DNA from: an uncultured Gemmatimonadales bacterium
GTDB taxonomy: Bacteria; Gemmatimonadota; Gemmatimonadetes; Gemmatimonadales; Gemmatimonadaceae
Assembly: GCA_963701965.1 (NCBI GenBank)
Contig: OY969695.1
Location: 1,184,001 to 1,248,000, forward strand
Direction of reading: 5' to 3'
DNA: 64,000 nt
This document shows, in pieces, positions 30,185 through 38,940 of this stretch (within the stretch, counting starts at the first letter, position 1; every line of letters begins with the position of its first letter). The notes beneath the pieces are model-generated. The model searched no databases. It was not told the origin of the DNA and saw only the letters and a list, made by a program, of their open reading frames with translations. The translations under genes were made by a program, and so were the position numbers.

Positions 30185-31414
30185 TCAGGCCTCGTTCACC
30201 TTGGTCAAAATCTCGCGCGCCCAGGACAGCGACTCCAGATAGACCTCCGACATCGCGCCCTGCTCCACGCCCGCTTCGGGCGACAGCCGCGCCATCGCAT
30301 CCCAGTGCCCCGTCTCGTATGCCTCCACGAGCTTGAGCGGGGCCGAATACGGACCGCCGGTGCCCAGCAGGGCCGACTTGATCTCAGCCACCAGGTCGAG
30401 CCGCGCCAAGAGGTCCTGCATCGGGAGCTTGAGCAGTGCGTCGAGCGTGGAGAAGAGTCCGACCATGAACAGCGCGCTGGCCTGCTGGCGCCGGCCCGTT
30501 TGCTCGGCGATCAACTCGCACGCCCGCGCCCGCATGACGGCCAGATGGACCAACTCGGCGTCGATGCCGCTGTCGCCGGCGAACGACGAGAGCAGAATCA
30601 ACGCCAGCCACCGGTGCAACGCCTGGCGGCCGATGAGCTGGACGGCGTAACGGATCGACTCGATCCCGCGCCCGCCCATGGCGGCAGAGTTCACGATCCG
30701 CAGGAGCTTGTGGCTCAACGCCGGATCGCCACGGAACGTGCCCTCGATCTCGGCGTCGCTCATCGCCGGATTCCGCACCTGATTGAGCAACTCCAACAGC
30801 GCCAGCTTGGAGACGGCAATGCCGCGATGGGCGATCATCTCTGGACGGCTATAGTAGTAGCCCTGGAACAGCGTGAATCCGAGCTCACGGCACGCGTCGC
30901 GCTGTTCCTTCGTCTCCACCCGCTCGGCGAGCAGCGTCGCGTGTTCGGCCCGGAGGGCGGCGACCGTCTCGGTCAACTCTTCGACCGAACGCCCCAAGAC
31001 ATTGACCTTGATGATCGATGCGAACGGCAGGAACGCGGTGCGACCGGGATCGATCTCGTAGTCGTCAAGCGCGATGGTATAGCCTTGGCCCCGCAGCTGC
31101 TCGCACGCATCCAGCGCGGCGGCGTCGACCGGCACCGTCTCCAGAATTTCCACGACGATGCGGCTGGCCGGCAACAGGTCGAACACGTGGTCGACCAGCA
31201 TCTCGCGGCTGAAATTGATAAACGCGCGGTGGGTGCCGGTGAGTCGGTCGAGCCCGACCCCCAGGATCGCTTTCACGATGACGTCCGCACTCATCGCGAG
31301 CGGCGTCTCACCGTCGGCCAGATTGCGCTGGGCATCCCGCCGATAGAGTAGCTCGTATCCGACGAGCTGGTCGCCCTGGTCGAAAATGGGCTGGCGGGCG
31401 AGAAAGATGTCCAT
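30185..31414 (-). CDS. EAL/HDOD domain protein (YuxH-like)
   Basis: FLARQPIFD, YELLYR, IALDDY, FQGYY, KLLRIVNS, GLFSTLD. Confidence 0.9.
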   Translation of the reverse strand: MDIFLARQPIFDQGDQLVGYELLYRRDAQRNLADGETPLAMSADVIVKAILGVGLDRLTGTHRAFINFSREMLVDHVFDLLPASRIVVEILETVPVDAAALDACEQLRGQGYTIALDDYEIDPGRTAFLPFASIIKVNVLGRSVEELTETVAALRAEHATLLAERVETKEQRDACRELGFTLFQGYYYSRPEMIAHRGIAVSKLALLELLNQVRNPAMSDAEIEGTFRGDPALSHKLLRIVNSAAMGGRGIESIRYAVQLIGRQALHRWLALILLSSFAGDSGIDAELVHLAVMRARACELIAEQTGRRQQASALFMVGLFSTLDALLKLPMQDLLARLDLVAEIKSALLGTGGPYSAPLKLVEAYETGHWDAMARLSPEAGVEQGAMSEVYLESLSWAREILTKVNEA

Positions 31415-31437
31415 AACCGAAAGACGACCCAGCAAGC

Positions 31438-31463
31438 AAAAAGGCGACGGGATCGTCGCCTTT
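31438..31463 (-). terminator. Intrinsic terminator after the tRNA array
   Basis: GGCGACG-ATCC-CGTCGCC hairpin followed by T5 on the minus strand. Confidence 0.8.
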
Positions 31464-31472
31464 CTCACACGA

Positions 31473-31544
31473 AGCCGGCGCTCGGGATTGAACCGAGGAC
31501 CTTTCGATTACGAATCGAGTGCTCTACCACTGAGCTACGCCGGC
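31473..31544 (-). tRNA. tRNA-Thr(CGT)
   Basis: GCCGGCG acceptor stem; loop TTCGTAA. Confidence 0.93.
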
Positions 31545-31545
31545 A

Positions 31546-31627
31546 TGCCCTGGCGCGGACTCGAACCGCGACGCCTTACGGCACCACCCCCTCAAGATGG
31601 CGTGTCTACCAATTTCACCACCAGGGC
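31546..31627 (-). tRNA. tRNA-Leu(GAG)
   Basis: GCCCTGG stem; loop TTGAGGG; long variable arm. Confidence 0.95.
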
Positions 31628-31637
31628 AACTACAGAA

Positions 31638-31712
31638 CGGGACTGACGGGGCTCGAACCCGCGACCTCCGGTGTGACAGACCGGCACTCTAACCAAGCTG
31701 AGCTACAGTCCC
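31638..31712 (-). tRNA. tRNA-Asp(GTC)
   Basis: GGGACTG stem; CCGGT-CTGTCAC-ACCGG. Confidence 0.95.
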
Positions 31713-31845
31713 AAAAAATTACTTCGTAATTTTTTGTGCCTTGTCCTATTTCAACGCAAGTCACGCGCTTTGCGCGTGGACTTGCTTGCGTGCTTCTCCA
31801 GCCCTAGGGTCTCCCCGACAACACTTTCAACAGCGCTTCCAACAA

Positions 31846-31917
31846 TAGCCCCAACGGGAATCGAACCCGTCTCTCCACCTTGAAAGGGTGACGTCCTAAC
31901 CGATAGACGATGAGGCC
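31846..31917 (-). tRNA. tRNA-Glu(TTC)
   Basis: GGCCTCA stem; loop CTTTCAA. Confidence 0.93.
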
Positions 31918-31918
31918 A

Positions 31919-31991
31919 TAGCGGTAACGGGATTCGAACCCGTGTTTGAGCCTTGAGAGGGCTCCGTCCTAGTCCCCTAGACGATACCGCC
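31919..31991 (-). tRNA. tRNA-Glu(CTC)
   Basis: GGCGGTA stem; GAGCC-CTCTCAA-GGCTC. Confidence 0.95.
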
Positions 31992-32006
31992 GTGACATCC
32001 ACCCGA

Positions 32007-32079
32007 CAGGCGCGGAGGGACTTGAACCCCCAGCCGCTGGTTTTGGAGACCAGTGCTCTACCAATTGAGCTACGCGCCT
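32007..32079 (-). tRNA. tRNA-Trp(CCA)
   Basis: AGGCGCG stem; CTGGT-CTCCAAA-ACCAG. Confidence 0.95.
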
Positions 32080-32091
32080 CCACCCCTGGAG

Positions 32092-32166
32092 GGTGGCTGA
32101 AGGGAATTGAACCCTCAACCCCCGGAGCCACAGTCCGGTGCTCTAACCAATTGAGCTACAGCCACC
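32092..32166 (-). tRNA. tRNA-His(GTG)
   Basis: G-1 plus GTGGCTG stem; CCGGA-CTGTGGC-TCCGG. Confidence 0.95.
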
Positions 32167-32227
32167 ATAGAAAGCACATCGCGGAACAGACTTCGATTTT
32201 AGCGACCGCGAATGTTCGCGGCAACGG

Positions 32228-32788
32228 TTAGGCCCTGTCGACGTATTCTCCAGTCTGCGGATTCACCCGGATCTTCTCGCCCGTCTTCACGAATTCCGGC
32301 ACGTTTACCGTCACGCCGTTTTCGAGCGTGGCGGGCTTCGTCGACGCCGTCTTGGTGGCGCTCCGCATCACGGGCGCCGTCTCCGTCACTTCGAGGGTCA
32401 GCGAATTGGGAAGCTGAATCCCAATGGGACGTCCATTGTAGTACTCGGCCTGAATCCGCATGCCCGGCTGCATCCACTGCGCGCTGTCGCCCAGCGCCTC
32501 CTCTTCCATCTCCAACTGGTCGTAGCTCGACGTATTCATGAAATGATACGTGTCGCCGCCCTGATACATGAACTCGAGATCGTGCGTTTCCATCGACGCC
32601 CGCTCGACCGAGTCCGCCGCGCGAAACCGATGTTCGAACGTCGATCCGGTGCGGAGATTCTTGAGCTTCGCCTGGACCATGGCGCGCAGGTTCCCCGGCG
32701 TGTGGTGACGAAACTCGATCACCCGCACCGGATCCCCCTCGAACACGAGGACCATGCCCCGCCGGATCTGCGTCGCAGAAAATGCCAT
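32228..32788 (-). CDS. efp: Translation elongation factor P
   Basis: LKNLRTG, YHFMN..YDQ, KPATLENG..VNVPEFV.GEKIRVN; loop HTPGNLRA. Confidence 0.93.
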   Translation of the reverse strand: MAFSATQIRRGMVLVFEGDPVRVIEFRHHTPGNLRAMVQAKLKNLRTGSTFEHRFRAADSVERASMETHDLEFMYQGGDTYHFMNTSSYDQLEMEEEALGDSAQWMQPGMRIQAEYYNGRPIGIQLPNSLTLEVTETAPVMRSATKTASTKPATLENGVTVNVPEFVKTGEKIRVNPQTGEYVDRA

Positions 32789-32847
32789 AACTCGTCCTGT
32801 TGTGATAATCGTACAGCCTCTAAACATAGGCGGCGCCTGATGCTACG

Positions 32848-33546
32848 TCAATTCGGGCGCGCCTCGAGCATGGGAGCCAGCGCCCGCCACTCGGTCCGGG
32901 CCGCGATGCGCGCGCCCGCGATGTTCGGGTGCATCCCGTCCGCTTGATTCAGATCGGGACGCCCCGCGACACTGTCCAGGAGAAATGGGAGCAGCGTCGC
33001 GCCTTCGGTGCGCGCCGCGTCGCGATAGGCGTCGTGGAAGCGCGCGGCATAGGCGCCGCCGAGGTTGGGCGGGGCCTCCATCTGCACCACGGCCAGTTGG
33101 GCGCGCGGACGGGCCGCCTTCACCCGCGAGAGGATCGCGACCAGATTCGCGCGCAGCGAATCCGGGTCCAGGCCCCGCAACCCGTCATTGGCGCCGGTCT
33201 CCAGCACGAACACGTCGACGGGCCCGCGCAGCAGCCAATCGATCCGCCGCAACGCGCCGGCCGATGTCTCACCGGAGAGACCGGCATTCACCACCGTGAA
33301 CGGCAGACCGGCCGAATCAATGTGGTGCTGCAGCATCGCGGGCCACGCCTGCTCGGGATCGATGCCATAGCCCGCCGAGAGGCTGGTGCCCAGGATGAGC
33401 ACCGTCCGCTTGGCGTCCCCCGCCGGGGCGTCGGTCCCGGCGGCGCTCGTGCGCGACGATGTAGTTTGCGCCGACGGGTTCCCTTCGCCGCGCGAACACG
33501 CGGCGGCGATCAAAAAGCTCGTGGCAACCAGCCGTGCGGATCTCAT
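32848..33546 (-). CDS. SGNH/GDSL arylesterase lipoprotein (TesA-like)
   Basis: Lipobox AAAC, GTSLSAG, NAGLSGETS, GANDGLRG, DGMHP. Confidence 0.9.
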   Translation of the reverse strand: MRSARLVATSFLIAAACSRGEGNPSAQTTSSRTSAAGTDAPAGDAKRTVLILGTSLSAGYGIDPEQAWPAMLQHHIDSAGLPFTVVNAGLSGETSAGALRRIDWLLRGPVDVFVLETGANDGLRGLDPDSLRANLVAILSRVKAARPRAQLAVVQMEAPPNLGGAYAARFHDAYRDAARTEGATLLPFLLDSVAGRPDLNQADGMHPNIAGARIAARTEWRALAPMLEARPN

Positions 33547-34222
33547 GCTTGTGGCTCGTGAGTTGACCAAATCGTACCAAACCGGCCCGCGGACGTTGAC
33601 GGTCCTGGATGCCGTCACGTTCGAGGTCCCGCAGGGGACGATCGTCTCCATCGTGGGCCCGTCCGGCAGCGGCAAGACGACGTTGCTCGGCCTCCTCGCC
33701 GGGCTCGATACCCCGACCAGCGGCACGGTGATCCTCAATGGCGCCAACCTGGGAGCCATGGACGAGGACCGCCGCGCGCGCCTGCGTGGAGAGAAGGTCG
33801 GCTTCGTCTTCCAAAGTTTCCAACTGATTCCGACGCTCACCGCGGTCGAGAACGTCAGCGTGCCCCTCGAGCTGCGCGGCGAGCCCGAAGCCCGGTCGGC
33901 GGCGCGGGCCCGCGAGGTGCTGGACCGCGTCGGTCTGGGTGACCGGTTGGACCACTTCCCCGCGCAACTCTCGGGCGGCGAGCAACAACGCGTGGCCATC
34001 GCCCGCGCCTTCGCCAATCAACCGCGGATCCTGTTCGCCGATGAGCCCACGGGCAACCTCGATACCGTGACGGGCCAACGCATTGTCGACCTCCTCGTGG
34101 CCCTCAATCACGAGTCGGGATCGACCGTCGTGCTGGTCACCCACGACTTGGGCCTCGCGGGCCGCACGCAACGCACCATCCGGCTGTCCGACGGCCGAGT
34201 CGTCGCCGATACCAGCGCGTGA
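33545..34222 (+). CDS. ABC transporter ATP-binding protein (YbbA-like)
   Basis: GPSGSGKT, LSGGEQQRVAIAR, ADEPTGNLD. Confidence 0.95.
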   Translation: MLVARELTKSYQTGPRTLTVLDAVTFEVPQGTIVSIVGPSGSGKTTLLGLLAGLDTPTSGTVILNGANLGAMDEDRRARLRGEKVGFVFQSFQLIPTLTAVENVSVPLELRGEPEARSAARAREVLDRVGLGDRLDHFPAQLSGGEQQRVAIARAFANQPRILFADEPTGNLDTVTGQRIVDLLVALNHESGSTVVLVTHDLGLAGRTQRTIRLSDGRVVADTSA

Positions 34223-36777
34223 GCCCGCGACTCACGGCGTTGGCATGCCTCGCCTGGCGCGAGAGCCGCACCACGCGCCGTCGCCTCTTGCTCTACATGG
34301 GATCGATCGCGCTGGGCGTTGCCGCGCTGGTGGCCATCGATTCGTTCGCCGCCAACGTCACGGCCTCGGTACGCGAACAGTCGCGCGCGCTCCTCGGCGG
34401 CGATCTCGCGCTGACGGCGCGCGCACCAATGCCCGCGCCGGCCGTCGCGGCGGTCGACTCGCTGGCGCGGACCGGGGCGACAGTGGCGCGGGTCACGAGC
34501 TTCGCGTCGATGGCCGTCGACCGGCGGAACGGGCACACCCGCCTCGTGCAACTGCGCGCGATCACCGCGGGATTCCCACTCTATGGGGTCGTGCGGACCG
34601 ACCCGGCGACCGCGTGGGGGACACTGCGCTCGGCAGCGACCGCCGTCGTGGACCCGTCGCTGCTGGTGTCGCTCGACGCCCGCATTGGCGATACGCTGGC
34701 ACTGGGAATGGGGCGATTCGTGATCGCCGGCACGCTGCTCGCGGTGCCCGGTGACGCCGCGATCGCCACGACACTGGGGCCCCGCGTCTACATCCCGGAC
34801 GCCTCCCTGCCGCTGACCCAGCTGCTCGTCTTCGGGAGCCGCGCCGAATACAAGACGGTGCTCGTGGTCCCCCGCGGCATCGCGGTGCCGCCGCTCGAGA
34901 CACGTTGGCGCGCGCGCTTCGACTCGCTGCACGTGCGGGTCCAGAGCGCCACGGACGCCGACACGGGACTCACCGACGCGGTCAAACGACTCCGCAATTT
35001 CTTGAGCGTCGTCGGTCTCGTCGCCCTGCTCCTCGGCGGCGTCGGGGTCGCCAGCGGCGTCCGCGCATTCGTGCGCCGGAAGATCGACACGGTGGCGGTG
35101 CTGCGTTGCCTGGGGGCGACCACGGGACAGATTCTGGCGATCTACGTGACGCAGGCGGCGGCCATGGGGCTCGTTGGCGCACTCGCCGGCGCCGCGCTGG
35201 GATTGGCGCTGCAATATGGCCTGCCCGCGGCGGTCGCCGACTTCCTGCCCATCGAGGTCGAGCCTCATCTGGTGCCCACCGCCATCGCCACCGGCCTCGG
35301 GCTCGGGCTCTGGGTCGCGTTCTGGTTTGCCCTGCGTCCTCTGCTCGCGCTCGCATCGGTGTCGCCGCTCCAGGCACTCCGCCGCGACTATGAGGGCGGC
35401 GCGGGTCAGGCGGAAGACCGCGCGGGACGCGCGCGCGGGGCCCGTCGGGCGCTCGTCCCGGCGCTGGTGCTTGCCGGCACCGTGCTCGCGCTCTCGGTCG
35501 CCCGTGCGCCGCGGGTCCGCATCGGCCTTGGCATAGCCCTCGGCATCGGCGTCGCGCTGGCCGCGCTCTGGCTCGGCGCCGTCGCGCTCTCTTGGGTCGC
35601 ACTCCGGCTGACCCGCTCCCGGTGGCCGTATGTCATCCGGCAGGGCGTCGCCAACCTGTATCGCCCCGCCAACCAAACGCGCACCGTCGTGCTCGCGCTC
35701 GGCTTCGGCGCATTCCTCATCGCCACGCTGTACCTCGTGCAGACGAACATGCTGGGACAGCTCGGCGCCGCCACCGACGCGTCGCGCGGGAACGTGGTGT
35801 TCTTCGACGTGCAGCAGGATCAAGCGTCCGGAGTCGAAGCCGCGGTGCGGGCCACCGGCCGGCCCGTCGTGGAAGTGGCGCCGCTGGTGACGATGCGCAT
35901 CGCGTCGATCGACGGCGTGCCGGCGTCGGAGCTCCAGCGACGGAAACGCGGGCCCTCGTGGGCGCTCCGCCGCGAGTATCGCTCGACGTATCGGGACACG
36001 TTGGTCGCGTCCGAACACATCGTCTCCGGTCACTGGTTCGCGCGCGCGGCGAGCGGGGACACCGCGGAGGTCTCGCTCGAGGCCGACGTGGCGCGGGAGC
36101 TTGGCGTCACCTTGGGCAGCCGCATCACGTGGGACGTGCAAGGGGTGCCCGTGCCCACACGTCTCACCAGCCTGCGCGACGTCGACTGGGCGCGCTTCGA
36201 GCCCAACTTCTTTGCCGTATTCCCGGGCGGCGTGCTCGATCACGCGCCGCAACAGGTGGTGATTCTGGCCAACGTGCCGGACGCCGCGGCGCTGGCCCAG
36301 CTGCAACGCGCCGTCGTCGCCCACTATCCAAACGTCTCCACGATCGACTTGACGCTGGTGAAGGAAACCATCGGCGGTATCGTGCGCAAAGTCACGCTGG
36401 CGATCCGCTTCATGGCGCTCTTCAGCCTGGCGTTGGCCGTGCCCGTGCTCTTCAGCTCCGTGTCGTCCAGCCGGCGCGATCGCGTGCGCGAGGGCGTCCT
36501 GCTCAAGACCTTGGGCGCCAGTCGCGCCCAAGTCCGGGCGATCATGGTGGCCGAGTACGCGGCACTCGGCATGGTGGGCGGACTGACCGGCGTGCTCTTG
36601 TCATTCGCCGCCGCGTGGGGCCTGCTCCGCTTCGCGTTCGAGAGCTCGTTCACGCCCGCCGTCGGTCCGGCGATCGGGATAGCGGCCGGCGCCGCGGCGT
36701 TGGCCGTCCTTATCGGGCTGCTGGGCGGCCGGGATGTGTTCGCGGAGACCGCGATCAGCGCGCTCCGCGCCGAATAG
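34219..36777 (+). CDS. ABC transporter permease (YbbP/FtsX-like)
   Basis: LAWRESR, LLGGDL, AVLRCLGA, FFDVQQDQ, LKTLGA. Confidence 0.92.
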   Translation: MSPRLTALACLAWRESRTTRRRLLLYMGSIALGVAALVAIDSFAANVTASVREQSRALLGGDLALTARAPMPAPAVAAVDSLARTGATVARVTSFASMAVDRRNGHTRLVQLRAITAGFPLYGVVRTDPATAWGTLRSAATAVVDPSLLVSLDARIGDTLALGMGRFVIAGTLLAVPGDAAIATTLGPRVYIPDASLPLTQLLVFGSRAEYKTVLVVPRGIAVPPLETRWRARFDSLHVRVQSATDADTGLTDAVKRLRNFLSVVGLVALLLGGVGVASGVRAFVRRKIDTVAVLRCLGATTGQILAIYVTQAAAMGLVGALAGAALGLALQYGLPAAVADFLPIEVEPHLVPTAIATGLGLGLWVAFWFALRPLLALASVSPLQALRRDYEGGAGQAEDRAGRARGARRALVPALVLAGTVLALSVARAPRVRIGLGIALGIGVALAALWLGAVALSWVALRLTRSRWPYVIRQGVANLYRPANQTRTVVLALGFGAFLIATLYLVQTNMLGQLGAATDASRGNVVFFDVQQDQASGVEAAVRATGRPVVEVAPLVTMRIASIDGVPASELQRRKRGPSWALRREYRSTYRDTLVASEHIVSGHWFARAASGDTAEVSLEADVARELGVTLGSRITWDVQGVPVPTRLTSLRDVDWARFEPNFFAVFPGGVLDHAPQQVVILANVPDAAALAQLQRAVVAHYPNVSTIDLTLVKETIGGIVRKVTLAIRFMALFSLALAVPVLFSSVSSSRRDRVREGVLLKTLGASRAQVRAIMVAEYAALGMVGGLTGVLLSFAAAWGLLRFAFESSFTPAVGPAIGIAAGAAALAVLIGLLGGRDVFAETAISALRAE

Positions 36778-38907
36778 TTACTGCGTGCGCAGCAGATATA
36801 CGCGCGCGCCCGGCGGCAGGCCCGTCGTGAGCATCCGGACGGCAAACGCGAAAACCGGAGCCGTGTTGGCCATGAGCACGTACGAGCCGCCGTTGGCGAT
36901 CACCGTCAGGCTCTGCGCGATCGCTCCGGTGGGGAACGCCGTGGGCACGAGCGGAAAGACCCCGCTGATCGTCGTCAGGATCTCGTGCGTATCGTAACTC
37001 ACGAACTGATCGCGGGCCGCGAGCCCCGGTATGCCCTGGCCCGTGGCGTAACTGGCCACGAGCATGCCCTTGACCAGTGAATCGAACGGCACGCCGGCGG
37101 CGGTCGTGAGATTCAGGATGCCAGCCTCGGGGCCCGCGGCCAACGCGCGCGAGAGCGTCCGCGGCGCCCCGCCCGCGAACTGGTCGTACGTATAGCGGAG
37201 CAGCATCCAGCTCGCGCCCCGCGCCGCCTGCGACGTATCCGCCGTCGTGTCCGCCACGCCGACGGCGCCGGGATTCCCGAGCCACGCGGCGAAGCGCAGC
37301 AGGTTGCCCTGATAAAACGTCGCGAAGTCGCTGGGATTGGTGTTGATGGCCGCGGCATCGAGCGGCTGGATGTCGGTGAACCCGTCCTCGGCCCGGCCCA
37401 CAAAATCCTCCGCCGAGTGCGCGAGCGCTTCGTCGAGCCAGGTCTCTTCGAACACGGTCGCCTGCGTCTTGAACAAGCGGTTCCCGGCGTTGATCATGTG
37501 CTCCATCTGATGCGCGATGGTGCCGCGGGTCACCAGGGCCAGCGTCGACGGCGCGTGCGAGGCATCCGGTGTCTGGAGATAGAGGATTTCCGCCCGATTG
37601 CTCGCCGCGCACGCCGAGGACGCCAGGAGATCGCCGCGGAAGAAAAAACCGCCCACGATCAATGGGTCTCCGGTGGTCAGCTTGTTCACTTGCGGCGTGT
37701 AGTAGAGGATCACGCGGCCGTTGCCATCAATGTCCGGCGGTGAACCGAAATGGAGCGTGTCCGTCGGGTAGACGACCGCGTCGAAATCGGCGGCGATCGC
37801 CGCGAAATCGGACGCCGCGAAGCCGTTGGGCGCCGCCGCATCATCCTGCGCGATGATGGCGTGCGCGCTGACCGCCATCACGTGACCCGTCGTCGCCACG
37901 GCGTTGGCGCAGCCCTGGACCGGCACGTTGTAGTGCACGACCGTTCCCACGGCTGGCGGCGCGGCCGCCGCGGCCTGGGTGGCGCCGTGCGCCACGACGG
38001 AGAGATGCGCGCGCTCGTATCGGCGGATCCAGCCGTCGAACGCCGGAGCGGCGGCGGCGTGCCCGGAACGGGCGCGGGGTCGGATGCGGCCGAAGCCGCC
38101 GAAGCCGAGCGGGACGCTGTCGCCGACCGATTGGACCAGCTGAAATGAGAATGGCAAGTCGAGCGTGCTCGTCACGTCGCCCACGATCATCAGAAAGGTC
38201 GTGGGTCCCGGCGTCGCGGCGAACTGCAGGCAGGCGAGGTTCGGCGCTTCGAGCGTGCTCACGCCGCCGACCGGGAGCGACACCGCCGGGATGCTCGGCG
38301 CCACGCGCGCTTCGACTTCTCCGGTCGAACCGCGCGCGGTCACGAGGACCGCCCGCGCGCCCGCGGGTGCGCAGGCCGTATCGGGCACCACAAAGACGAG
38401 GCGCGTCGAATCCGCCGTCGTCGGCGTGGTCGTCGAGCCGCCGACCGCGATCACATTCGCGGTCGGGACGCGGCTGAACTGGTGGCCGAAGATTGTCGCC
38501 GGTTGCCCGACAATGAGCGCCGCCGGGACCACGGAGTCCACCGCGATCTTGGCGCGCGTCTCGACACTGATCGCGACCGTGTCGGCGGCGGCACCGGACT
38601 TGGCGACGATGCCAGCCGCGCCTGTCGCCACCCCGTGGACCACGCCAAACGCGTTGACCGTTGCCACGTTGGCGGCCGTACTCGCCCACGTGACCGGCGC
38701 GCTATCGATGAGGATCCCGTTGATGTCTTTGACTTTGACCGACGCCCGGACCGAGTCGCCGACGATCAAACTGCTGTCCGGGAGCGTGAAAACGATCGAC
38801 GCCGCGGCGGGGAGGGCGGGACCGGCGGCTTGCTCGTTGTGGCAAGCGGTCAATACGACTGGCGCGGCGCAAACGAGCGCCCAAAACGCCGTTACGCGGC
38901 CCGCCAA
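36778..38907 (-). CDS. Lipoprotein: Big_2 + IPT/TIG + zincin-like (M30-like) domain with variant HQMEH motif
   Basis: Lipobox LTAC; VTWASTAANVATVN; FGSPPDIDGNGRV, GGFF..DL, SNRAEILY, AHQMEHMIN, WLDEALAH. Confidence 0.75.
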   Translation of the reverse strand: MAGRVTAFWALVCAAPVVLTACHNEQAAGPALPAAASIVFTLPDSSLIVGDSVRASVKVKDINGILIDSAPVTWASTAANVATVNAFGVVHGVATGAAGIVAKSGAAADTVAISVETRAKIAVDSVVPAALIVGQPATIFGHQFSRVPTANVIAVGGSTTTPTTADSTRLVFVVPDTACAPAGARAVLVTARGSTGEVEARVAPSIPAVSLPVGGVSTLEAPNLACLQFAATPGPTTFLMIVGDVTSTLDLPFSFQLVQSVGDSVPLGFGGFGRIRPRARSGHAAAAPAFDGWIRRYERAHLSVVAHGATQAAAAAPPAVGTVVHYNVPVQGCANAVATTGHVMAVSAHAIIAQDDAAAPNGFAASDFAAIAADFDAVVYPTDTLHFGSPPDIDGNGRVILYYTPQVNKLTTGDPLIVGGFFFRGDLLASSACAASNRAEILYLQTPDASHAPSTLALVTRGTIAHQMEHMINAGNRLFKTQATVFEETWLDEALAHSAEDFVGRAEDGFTDIQPLDAAAINTNPSDFATFYQGNLLRFAAWLGNPGAVGVADTTADTSQAARGASWMLLRYTYDQFAGGAPRTLSRALAAGPEAGILNLTTAAGVPFDSLVKGMLVASYATGQGIPGLAARDQFVSYDTHEILTTISGVFPLVPTAFPTGAIAQSLTVIANGGSYVLMANTAPVFAFAVRMLTTGLPPGARVYLLRTQ

Positions 38908-38940
38908 CCGGGCGTCCCTCCTGATAAGGAGCTCACCAAC

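Noticed and set aside
34108..36531. Long antisense ORFs (807 aa here; also 22687-24669, 20447-21739, 41684-43177)
   Set aside because: Shadow frames of well-supported genes in high-GC DNA, with no recognisable motifs
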